DNA of 32,000 nucleotides. It comes from Candidatus Scalindua sp. GTDB taxonomy: Bacteria; Planctomycetota; Brocadiia; Brocadiales; Scalinduaceae. The DNA lies in the NCBI GenBank assembly GCA_031316235.1, contig JALDRA010000001.1:90001-122000 (forward strand), written 5' to 3'. Within the stretch, counting starts at the first letter, position 1, and each line of letters opens with the position of its first letter. Under the pieces are notes generated by a model. The model was not told where the DNA came from and did not search any database. It was given only the letters and a program-made list of their open reading frames with translations. Positions 1-7,169 of the stretch are shown here, piece after piece. Made by a program: the position numbers and the translations under genes.

Positions 1-138
1 AAAGAGGTCCGGTATGGTAGAGCTATAAAAAACACCTCCTGCGGTAAACAGTATGAAAGGAACAATAAAAAACCACTTGCGTCTTAAAAACAGTTGTAGG
101 TATCTTTGTATATCTATTTGTGTTTTTTTATTTTCCAT
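1..138 (-). CDS. Wzz/GumC-like polysaccharide chain-length determinant, N-terminal 46 codons (gene runs off the left edge)
   Basis: Own minus-strand translation from ATG at 138-136: MENKKTQIDIQRYLQLFLRRKWFFIVPFILFTAGGVFYSSTIPDLF. A polar leader, YL.LF.RRKW box and TM helix are the usual Wzz-domain N-terminus. Below the 60-aa cutoff of the ORF track. Confidence 0.5.
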   Translation of the reverse strand, partial: MENKKTQIDIQRYLQLFLRRKWFFIVPFILFTAGGVFYSSTIPDLF

Positions 139-264
139 AATTTAATGACAACGTTCCCCTGAGAGCTATGTATGAAGAGTGATGAATCACTCATTTTTGA
201 ATTTTGATTAGAATCGATGAAGGGAATTTTTTCCATTTTTCTTTTTTTAAATTTATCACGCCAC

Positions 265-458
265 ATGGCTGATGGCTCATGGCTGATGGCTGATGGCTCA
301 TAGCTCATGGCTGATGGTTAAGCGTTCAGAGGTTCAGCGTTCAAAGGTTCTGGGTTCAAGGTTCAGAGGTTCTGGGTTCAACGTTCTGGGTTCTGGGTTC
401 TGGGTTCAGCGTTCAAAGGTTCATGGCTCAAGGTTCAGGGTTGATGGCTGATGGTTGA
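265..458 (+). repeat. Heptamer/octamer tandem array 1 (GGTTCWG-type core flanked by ATGGCTSA-type units)
   Basis: Read directly: ATGGCTGATGGCTCATGGCTGATGG..., then GGTTCAG/AGGTTCAG/CGTTCAA/GGTTCTG units, then GTTGATGGCTGATGGTTGA. Abuts the stop codon of 4HB copy B1. Confidence 0.9.
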
Positions 459-461
459 TAA

Positions 462-796
462 TTATTTCGTGATTGTTTTCTTTATTGAATTACGCCATTT
501 ACCTTCAGCAATATACTAAAACCGATTTGGTTTTCGGTTTTTCTGAAAAACAAATCTTGGTGAAGGTATACTCGCTCCGTTTTTACTCGGATTTTATCCG
601 AAAACTATTATGAAATGAGTATATTTGCTGAAATTGATGTTGCGGATGATTCTAATTGTTCTATCAATCTATAATGATTGCGATCAGAATTCATTGTATC
701 TGCAATGCCAATAACACTCACTGCAAAATCTATAGATTTTTGCCTGACATCTAAATCTTCAAAACTAAACTTTATTTCACACATTTTCTCCATCAT
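462..796 (-). pseudogene. Four-helix-bundle (23S rRNA IVS protein / S23-IVP family) gene copy B1, internally deleted and split by a MITE
   Basis: ORF 608-796 (MMEKMCEIKFSFEDLDV..SISANI) matches the 74-aa copies at 6597 and 8298. The 3' tail (..RNSIKKTITK*) lies at 462-513, separated by a 110-bp insertion at 514-623. Confidence 0.8.
514..623 (-). mobile_element. Correia-like MITE copy C1, inserted in 4HB gene B1
   Basis: Empty site in B3/B4 reads cagcaaTAtttgctg. The filled site here reads cagcaaTA-tactaaaacc...atgagta-TAtttgctg. Confidence 0.85.
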
Positions 797-835
797 TAAC
801 CATCAGCTATGAACTATGAGCTATCAACCATGAGC

Positions 836-1030
836 TCTGTGCAATCTACGGATGAATGTTTTTAAGTTTTTCTGATAAAACGGTCTGTGTTACCGCTGCT
901 ATAGAATTTGAAGGGACGTCTCTGATTTACCACTCTGCCTCCACCAGCAATTGAGTTTCGTCCCAAACGTATTGATTACAGGGGGAGTTCCCAATGGGCA
1001 TATCGATACAAATCATGTCATTATGAGTTT
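836..1030. repeat. Conserved ~195-bp segment U (copy 1) upstream of the 4HB ORF
   Basis: Near-identical to 6861-7056, 8562-8757 and 16715-16910. Confidence 0.8.
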
Positions 1031-1175
1031 TATACTCATCTTATAATGGTTTTCGGGGAAAATCCGGGAAATAACGGAGCGGGTACAAGTCCTCGGCGTT
1101 TTTTGTCCGGGTAAAGTCCTCGGCGCCTGGTTTTGTCCGGGGATACCAGCAAGCCATGCTTTGGTTTTTAGTATA
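1031..1175 (+). mobile_element. MITE copy C2 (variant with duplicated GC-hairpin module)
   Basis: tatactcatcttataatggttttcgg...agtcctcggcg..gtccggg (twice)...ctttggtttttagtata. Confidence 0.8.
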
Positions 1176-1434
1176 TCACGCCAAGCCGCTAAGAACGTAA
1201 AGCATAAAAACTTTTAAAATCTTTCTCCTCGTAGCAGGCTAACAGTAAGTTCTCAAGTGATTTCACGTAGTAAAAGTTAAGTATTCCAATGAAACAATTT
1301 AAGCTTTTACAGGACAGGTGCAATGAGGTCTTTCTTCTTGTGTGAAAGGTAAAATCATTTTATAACAGGCATACTATCTACAGCTCCGCCCTCTCGGTTA
1401 CATTGCTTATGCAACTTACAGATATAAAGTGTTT

Positions 1435-1556
1435 GTTTGAACGAAAACTACCTATCTACGGCGTTACTGTAATAATGACGCAATCCTCACGTACTTGAGT
1501 ACGCTCCGGTTACCTAATTATTTCGCGCCTTGTACCTAAGCAGTTTTGGTTCAAAC
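1435..1556. mobile_element. IR-bounded 122-bp element J
   Basis: Left end GTTTGAACGAAAACTacctatctacggcg. Right end (reverse complement) GTTTGAACCAAAACTgcttaggtacaaggcg. Left-end fragments recur at 9003-9025, 18303-18340 and 24515-24572. Confidence 0.55.
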
Positions 1557-1986
1557 ACGGGGTATCCGTTCAACCCCAAGGTTTCCGTTCAACCCCAGGG
1601 TTTCTGTTCAAGCACTGACTATGTATACCCAATTACAGAAAACCCCGCCCAGAAATCTTTGTATTTCCACCATAACCCGAACAGGCAGAAGGTATCGAGT
1701 CAGTATATCCTGAACCACTCTTTCAAAATGACTACAACTACTTCCCTATAGTTGCTTATCTCCCTTTTGGGTATGTGCTTCAGCACAACAAAACAAGATG
1801 GTAAATACTTTTTGTTGTACTCCTCACTAATTCAATTCTCACTTTTTTGAAATGGGACTCCTATTTTGTCCTCAGCCTCCATTCAAATGGAAAATTGTTT
1901 TTGCACTGTTTTGGTTACTATGCCCCCCTGCCCGGAACCCGGAGGACGGGCGTACACTAACCCGGCCTGCAACGCAGTCTCGCCTG

Positions 1987-2778
1987 CTATGGTAATGGAT
2001 TAGAGAGATAATGATGGATCAGCTTTTTCCCCTCTTTTTTTATACCCTCGAAACGAACACCTATAGATGTTTTATGCTTCTCCCTATCCTGCCAGACACA
2101 GACTCCGTCTGTCTCAATAGTCATCAATTCGTCAAATAATTTGATCTTGATTTCAAAGCATCGCTTACCGTTTACTGATGGGTAATCAATTAGCTTTCCG
2201 TTTTCCAGACCAACGGCTGTAATTAAATCCGAAAAGATACCTCCTTTGCTTAAATTCAAGACGTTTGCCACACATTGAATAACACCATTCTGGCTGCATT
2301 GGTATTTGAATTCTTTCTGCCCAAACACCATAGCCCGCGCATGCTGCCTTCTCTTGATTCTATCTTTGACAGTATCGCCTATTTTCAGTATCTCCTCATT
2401 AACCAACGAAATAGCCTTTTCAGAATCTGTTTCATTAATCATCACAATGATATCTTCTTTTCCAGACAACCGTAAGATACTCCGAATATCTGTCTGCACA
2501 TTGAAGAGTCTGATCAGAATGCCTCTCTTTATAAAATAGTCAAATATGTTAATTCCAAGACCATCAATTTTCTGCACATGCTTCAGATCAATCAGCTGAA
2601 AATATTTCCCCTCATCTAAACAGGCAAACAGGTACTCCTGAAGAATCAGCGACTCTCTGCTGATTAAGTCACCCACAACCTCGATAAAGTTTACACTTTG
2701 ATTAGCTGCTTGTTTCGTTATAATTTCCATCGCTCTCTTTTTTCTTTTCAGATGATTACTGTTCGTATGTAATAACAA
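1987..2778 (-). CDS. STAS-domain / PilZ-domain fusion protein (putative c-di-GMP receptor); alternative start at 2730 (MEIITKQ)
   Basis: The N-terminal half resembles anti-sigma-factor antagonist STAS domains. The C-terminal half carries PilZ motifs RQHAR (RxxxR) and NLSKGG (D/NxSxxG). Confidence 0.7.
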   Translation of the reverse strand: MLLHTNSNHLKRKKRAMEIITKQAANQSVNFIEVVGDLISRESLILQEYLFACLDEGKYFQLIDLKHVQKIDGLGINIFDYFIKRGILIRLFNVQTDIRSILRLSGKEDIIVMINETDSEKAISLVNEEILKIGDTVKDRIKRRQHARAMVFGQKEFKYQCSQNGVIQCVANVLNLSKGGIFSDLITAVGLENGKLIDYPSVNGKRCFEIKIKLFDELMTIETDGVCVWQDREKHKTSIGVRFEGIKKEGKKLIHHYLSNPLP

Positions 2779-3028
2779 ACAATATGCCAGAATGCAGAAT
2801 ATGAAAATATAACATATAACATATCTATACCATTGATGTTAGGAAGGAACGGACTCTTCACAAAAATGACCAGGTGTTAATTTACTCACACCTGGAATAA
2901 CATACTTTCAGAATTATTTCGGTTGCTCTTGACGCAAAACAACTTAGAAACTGTTAAAAAACTAACAGGCTTATGTGAACTTTCTAACAGGTTATGCATT
3001 GCTAAGGTGATTGAGTGGCGGAGGGGTC

Positions 3029-3322
3029 ATGGCTGATGGCTCGTGGCTGATGGCTGATGGTTAAGCGTTCAGGGGTTCTGGGTTCAGAGGTTCGGGGTTC
3101 AGCGTTCAGGGTTCAGCGTTCAGGGTTGATGGCTGATGGCTCATAGCTCATGGCTCATGGTTAAGCGTTCAGAGGTTCGGGGTTCTGGGTTCAGAGGTTG
3201 ATGGCTCATGGCTCATGGTGGTTGGCTCATGGTTAAGCGTTCAGGGGTTCGGGGTTCAGAGGTTCGAGGTTCAGCGTTCAGAGGTTCTGGGTTCAAGGTT
3301 CAGGGTTGATGGCGGATGGCTT
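3029..3322 (+). repeat. Heptamer/octamer tandem array 2
   Basis: Three alternating blocks of ATGGCTSA units and GGTTCWG units, read directly. Confidence 0.9.
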
Positions 3323-3399
3323 AAAATTGATGGTGCATATAGCGAGATGGGTAAGAGGACAAGGCTGGAGGGGTTATGGCAGAAGGCACCTATCGTGAT

Positions 3400-3512
3400 T
3401 ATACTCATCTTATAATGGTTTTCGGACAAAATCCGAGATAAAATTGAGGGAGTATATCAGCAACCAAGATTTTGTTTCCGGTAAAACCGAAAACCAAATC
3501 GGTTTTAGTATA
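3400..3512 (+). mobile_element. MITE copy C3
   Basis: tatactcatcttataatggttttcggacaaaatccgag...aaaaccgaaaaccaaatcggttttagtata. Shares its terminal TA with C4 (tandem). Confidence 0.85.
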
Positions 3513-3844
3513 TACTCATCAGATAATAGTTCTCGGAGAAAATCCGGAAAAAAACGGAGGGGGCAAAGTCCTCGGAGCCTGGGGAAAGTCCTCGGCGCTT
3601 TTGTCCGGGGATACCATCAATCAGGCTTTGGTTTTTAGAAAAATCCAGTAGTGTCCGGTTAGGTTTTTGCGTATTTAATTTATAGCCCCAAAACTGTCAT
3701 TCCCGCATGTTTTTAGCGGGAATCTATTATGAAACGAGTCTCTGGATACCCGATAAAGACGTTCGGGTATGACAAAAGCCGCCTACGCAAAAACCTAACC
3801 GGACAATGTTGAGAAAAATCTAAAACCAAAGTGGTTTTAGTATA
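3511..3844 (+). mobile_element. MITE copy C4 carrying a nested element E
   Basis: Left part runs to ...ggctttggtttttagaaaaatc (3645). It resumes at agaaaaatctaaaaccaaagtggttttagtata (3812-3844). Confidence 0.8.
3646..3811 (+). mobile_element. 166-bp MITE E copy 1 (21-bp perfect TIR, 9-bp TSD)
   Basis: TIR GTCCGGTTAGGTTTTTGCGTA at 3653-3673 and its exact complement at 3784-3804. Direct duplication AGAAAAATC at 3637-3645 and 3812-3820. Uninterrupted target sequence is seen in MITE copies at 7450-7470 and 18958-18978. Confidence 0.85.
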
Positions 3845-3917
3845 ATCTGCAGATTTAACGGGGCAAGGCCTCCAGATGTTTAAAACGAAACTTTGTTTCA
3901 TACATTTTCTCCACCAT
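3845..3917 (-). pseudogene. 5' stub of a 4HB gene (copy B2), followed upstream by inverted ATGGCTSA units (3911-3980)
   Basis: Minus strand atggtggagaaaatgtatgaaacaaagtttcgtttt parallels atgatggagaaaatgtgtgaaacaaagtttagtttt of the other copies. It is truncated at the MITE boundary. Confidence 0.6.
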
Positions 3918-3986
3918 CAACTCTCCAACCATGAGCTATGAGCAATCAGCTATGAGCTATGAGCAATCAGCCATGATCCATATGCC

Positions 3987-5183
3987 CTACGCCTGATTTC
4001 TTTCTCTTGATACAAATTCCTTTATTTTCTCACAAACCCTTATCTGCTGATCGTGAGTAAGCTGCGGATACATGGGCAGGGAGAGAATTTCTGATGCTGC
4101 AGCCTCTGATACAGGAAAATCACCCTCTTTGAAGCCGAGGTGTACATAGGCTTTCTGAAGATGAAGAGGTATCGGGTAGTGAAGACCTGTATCAATATCG
4201 TTTTCCGATAGATACGCTTGAAGCTTGTCCCGATTCTTTGTACGTATGATATAAAGGTGATATACTGCCTTTGACCATTCGGGTTCGTAGGGTGTCTTTA
4301 ACCCTTTAACACCGCAAAGTATTTCATTATAACGGTTGGCATTCTGATAGCGATTTTCGTTCCAGGATGAGAGGCGCCTGAGCTTGACCTGTAAGATCCC
4401 CGCCTGTATTGCATCAAGCCTGCCATTGTACCCCTCCCTTTCATGATAATATTTCCTTGTCTGTCCATGATCACGCAGCAGGCGTATTGTCCGAGCTATT
4501 TCTTTATCGTTTGTTGTTATTGCTCCCCCATCTCCAAGCGCTCCCAGGTTTTTCCCGGGATAAAAGCTGAAGGCTGAGACCAGGCCCATTGATCCGGCAA
4601 CTTCCCAGTCTCCAGTTCTTTTTGACTGATATCGAGCACCATGTGCCTGGCACGCATCTTCAACGACAACCAGTTTGTACTTATTGGCGATTTCCATAAT
4701 CGTATCCATCTCAGCCACCTGTCCATAGAGGTGGACGGGTACAACCGCTTTGACTGGTTTTCCGGTTGAGGTGTTAATGAGTTGCTGAGTTTTATGGTCA
4801 ACGCGGCATCTGGTTTCAATATATTCTCTTAACAGGGCGGGATTCATATTATAGGTACGTTCATCAACATCGACGAAAACGGGTAAAGCGCCTGCCTGCG
4901 ATATTGCCTCTGTTGTGGCAATAAAGGTGTTGGGGACGGTAATTACGATATCTCCCTCTTTTATTCCAGCAGCCATCAGGCCGAATCTCAGCGCATCTGT
5001 ACCGCTATTCAGGCCCACACAGTATTTTGTGTTACAAAACGCAGCAAAGTCATTTTCAAAACTTTCGACCATGGGTCCGCCTATAAATCCGGCTGTACGG
5101 AGGGCTTTTTTGAATACTGTCAGAAACTCTTCTTCCAGTTCTAAATGGGGATTGATCAGGTCGATGAAGGGGATATTTTTCAT
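3987..5183 (-). CDS. DegT/DnrJ/EryC1/StrS-family PLP-dependent sugar aminotransferase
   Basis: 398-aa ORF. The N-terminus IPFIDL...GGPMVESFENDFAAFCNTKYCVGLNSGTDAL and the overall length are typical of the family. Confidence 0.9.
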   Translation of the reverse strand: MKNIPFIDLINPHLELEEEFLTVFKKALRTAGFIGGPMVESFENDFAAFCNTKYCVGLNSGTDALRFGLMAAGIKEGDIVITVPNTFIATTEAISQAGALPVFVDVDERTYNMNPALLREYIETRCRVDHKTQQLINTSTGKPVKAVVPVHLYGQVAEMDTIMEIANKYKLVVVEDACQAHGARYQSKRTGDWEVAGSMGLVSAFSFYPGKNLGALGDGGAITTNDKEIARTIRLLRDHGQTRKYYHEREGYNGRLDAIQAGILQVKLRRLSSWNENRYQNANRYNEILCGVKGLKTPYEPEWSKAVYHLYIIRTKNRDKLQAYLSENDIDTGLHYPIPLHLQKAYVHLGFKEGDFPVSEAAASEILSLPMYPQLTHDQQIRVCEKIKEFVSRERNQA

Positions 5184-5208
5184 TTTTTGTAATCCTTTAG
5201 AGGTTAAA

Positions 5209-5320
5209 AGGTTCTGGGTTCAAGGTTCTGGGTTCAGCGTTCAAAGGTTCTGGGTTCTGGGTTCTGGGTTCAAGGTTCAAGGTTAAAAGGTTCTGGGTTC
5301 TGCGTTCTGGGTTCAAAGGT
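5209..5320 (+). repeat. Heptamer array 3 (no ATGGCTSA flanks), between the intact 4HB stop and the degT-like start
   Basis: GGTTAAAAGGTTCTGGGTTCAAGGTTCTGGGTTCAGCGTTCAAAGGTTCTGGGTTCTGGGTTCTGGG... Overlaps the last codons of ORF 5313-5684. Confidence 0.9.
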
Positions 5321-5684
5321 TATTGTAGGTTAGCAAATATTTTATGAAACCACGTATAGTTGCTCTTGTACGTCCGGCATGATCATACACATCCTGAAAA
5401 TCAGCTTTCGTTATGTATTGTTGATCCAATGCAACATACAGCTCACTTTGGACCTCGGTACAAGATCGTTTTGCATATCGAAGAAAACGAACAAACTCAG
5501 GATTTGACTCAGAATCGAATCCTTCAGCAATATTGTGCATAGAAGAACCTGCTGCCCCCTGAATCTGTCTTTTCAAACCAAAGTCGCTATTAAATTTTTC
5601 TCTGTTCGTCAGCTTATAAACTTTCTGAGTTAACTCCCGTGCTAACTGCCACGCCTCAATATCCTCAAACCGTTCTATTTTCAT
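5313..5684 (-). CDS. Four-helix-bundle protein (23S rRNA IVS protein family), apparently intact, distinct subfamily
   Basis: 123 aa. FEDIEAWQLARELTQKVY...IAEGF...EFVRFLRYAKRSCTEVQSELYVA is the family signature. SD-like aggtga lies upstream of the ATG. Confidence 0.9.
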   Translation of the reverse strand: MKIERFEDIEAWQLARELTQKVYKLTNREKFNSDFGLKRQIQGAAGSSMHNIAEGFDSESNPEFVRFLRYAKRSCTEVQSELYVALDQQYITKADFQDVYDHAGRTRATIRGFIKYLLTYNNL

Positions 5685-5706
5685 GTCATCACCTACGAAA
5701 GCTAAC

Positions 5707-5846
5707 TATACTCATCTCATAATGGTTTTCGGATAAAATCCGAGATAAAATTGAGCAAGTAAAGTCCTCGGCGCTTTTTGTCCGGGGATAACTGCAACCA
5801 AGCTTTGGTTTTTTAAAAAGCCAAAAACCAAATCGGTTTTAGTATA
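5707..5846 (+). mobile_element. MITE copy C5 (long variant)
   Basis: tatactcatctcataatggttttcggataaaatccgag...agtcctcggcgctttttgtccgggg...aaaaaccaaatcggttttagtata. Truncates the MazF-like ORF. Confidence 0.85.
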
Positions 5847-5988
5847 CATTTACAACAGGCAAAATTTGATTGATTTGGTCTTCGCTAATTACCATAACAG
5901 GGCGAGTCTTACCCTCCTCGGAGCCAATGGTTGGATGAAGATTAGCAAGATAAACGTTCCACCTAAAGAAGCCATTTATTACTGCCAC
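5839..5988 (-). pseudogene. MazF/PemK-family toxin, N-terminal ~47 codons only, truncated by MITE C5
   Basis: Own translation from GTG 5988: (M)AVINGFFRWNVYLANLHPTIGSEEGKTRPVMVISEDQINQILPVVNVY*. The ..dl.P..GSE.g..RPv.Vis.d motif is the MazF/EndoA N-terminal signature. The last codons and the stop come from the MITE. Confidence 0.7.
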
Positions 5989-6340
5989 TCCTCTAAGTCA
6001 ACGCATTTTAAATCTTCAGATATCTCTCTTAAATCACTCAAGAAAAGCTTATCCTGCATCACGTTTTTAAGTTCATTGATTTTGTTATACTCATCTCGTA
6101 ATGGTTTTCGGATAAAATCCGAGTTAAAATTGAGCGAGTATACCTTCACCAAGATTTGGTTTCCGGTAAAACCGAAAACCAAATCGGTTTTAGTATATTA
6201 TAATTATCAGTCTTTTTACGGAAAAATATAATGATCTCAATTGGATCGTTTTCTGGAACATGATCAGGAATCTTGATCAGAATCTCATGATTCTTGGGTG
6301 TTCTTACAATTTGCTTGATTGTATCCATATATTTCCGCAT
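5979..6340 (-). pseudogene. Putative antitoxin ORF split by MITE C6
   Basis: ORFs 6146-6340 and 5979-6182 share the MITE-derived middle. Deleting 6086-6195 (110 bp) fuses them in frame into an 83-aa ORF ending EEWQ*, which overlaps the toxin GTG by 10 nt. Confidence 0.6.
6086..6197 (+). mobile_element. MITE copy C6 (type copy, 108 bp plus TA)
   Basis: TA-tactcatctcgtaatggttttcggataaaatccgagttaaaattgagcgagtataccttcaccaagatttggtttccggtaaaaccgaaaaccaaatcggttttagta-TA. Removal restores an ORF. Confidence 0.9.
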
Positions 6341-6437
6341 TTGGGGTTAGAATTTCTTGATTTCTTTTAAGTTACATTACCCAAGATAAAAACTCAAGTA
6401 TTTTTCAGCAAATGACATTTAAGAATTAAAGTATATA

Positions 6438-6594
6438 GTTGATGGCGGATGGCTCATAGCTGATGGTTAAGCGTTCAAAGGTTCTGGGTTCTGGGTTCAG
6501 AGGTTCAGAGGTTCAGGGTTGATGGCTCATAGCTCATGGCGGTTGGCTCATGGTTAAGCGTTCAGGGGTTCAAGGTTGATGGCTGATGGTTGAT
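6438..6594 (+). repeat. Heptamer/octamer tandem array 4
   Basis: Read directly. Ends GTTGATGGCTGATGGTTGA, 5 nt before the stop of ORF 6597-6821. Confidence 0.9.
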
Positions 6595-6596
6595 AA

Positions 6597-6821
6597 TTAT
6601 TTCGTGATTGTTTTCTTTATTGAATTACGCCATTTACCTTCAGCAATATTTGCTGAAATTGATGTTGCGGATGATTCTAATTGTTCTATCAATCTATAAT
6701 GATTGCGATCAGAATTCATTGTATCTGCAATGCCAATAACACTCACTGCAAAATCTATAGATTTTTGCCAGACATCTAAATCTTCAAAACTAAACTTTGT
6801 TTCACACATTTTCTCCATCAT
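6597..6821 (-). CDS. Four-helix-bundle family protein, 74-aa in-frame deletion derivative (copy B3)
   Basis: Identical protein to 8298-8522. Compared with the 129-aa form reconstructable at 12065-12564 it lacks 56 internal codons (junction at GAATT). Confidence 0.7.
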   Translation of the reverse strand: MMEKMCETKFSFEDLDVWQKSIDFAVSVIGIADTMNSDRNHYRLIEQLESSATSISANIAEGKWRNSIKKTITK

Positions 6822-6860
6822 TAACCATCAGCTATGAACTATGAGCTATCAACCATGAGC

Positions 6861-7056
6861 TCTGTGCAATCTGCGGATGAATGTTTTTAAATTTTTCTGA
6901 TAAAACGGTCTCTGCTACCGGCTGCTATAGAATTTGAAGGGACGTATCTGGTTTACCACTCTGCCTCCACCAGCAATTGAGTTTCGTCCCAAACGTATTG
7001 ATTACAGGGGGAGTTCCCAATGGGCATATCGATACAGATCATGTCATTGTGAGTTT
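6861..7056. repeat. Conserved segment U (copy 2)
   Basis: Appears identical to 8562-8757. Close to 836-1030 and 16715-16910. Confidence 0.8.
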
Positions 7057-7169
7057 TATACTCATCTCATAATGGTTTTCGGATGAACTCCGGAAAAAAA
7101 CGGAGCGAGTACAAGTCCTCGGCGTTTTTTGTCCGGGGATACCACCAGCCAGGCTTTGGTTTTAGTATA
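7057..7169 (+). mobile_element. MITE copy C7 (GC-hairpin variant)
   Basis: tatactcatctcataatggttttcggatgaactccgg...acaagtcctcggcgttttttgtccggggataccaccagccaggctttggttttagtata. Confidence 0.85.

Noticed and set aside
1530-1751. 73-aa plus-strand ORF
   Set aside because: It begins inside element J and a short tandem duplication, has a low-complexity composition, and has no RBS or recognisable family.
3713-3901. 62-aa minus-strand ORF
   Set aside because: It is composed of a 4HB 5' stub read out of frame, a MITE end, and the interior of element E. It is repeat-derived.
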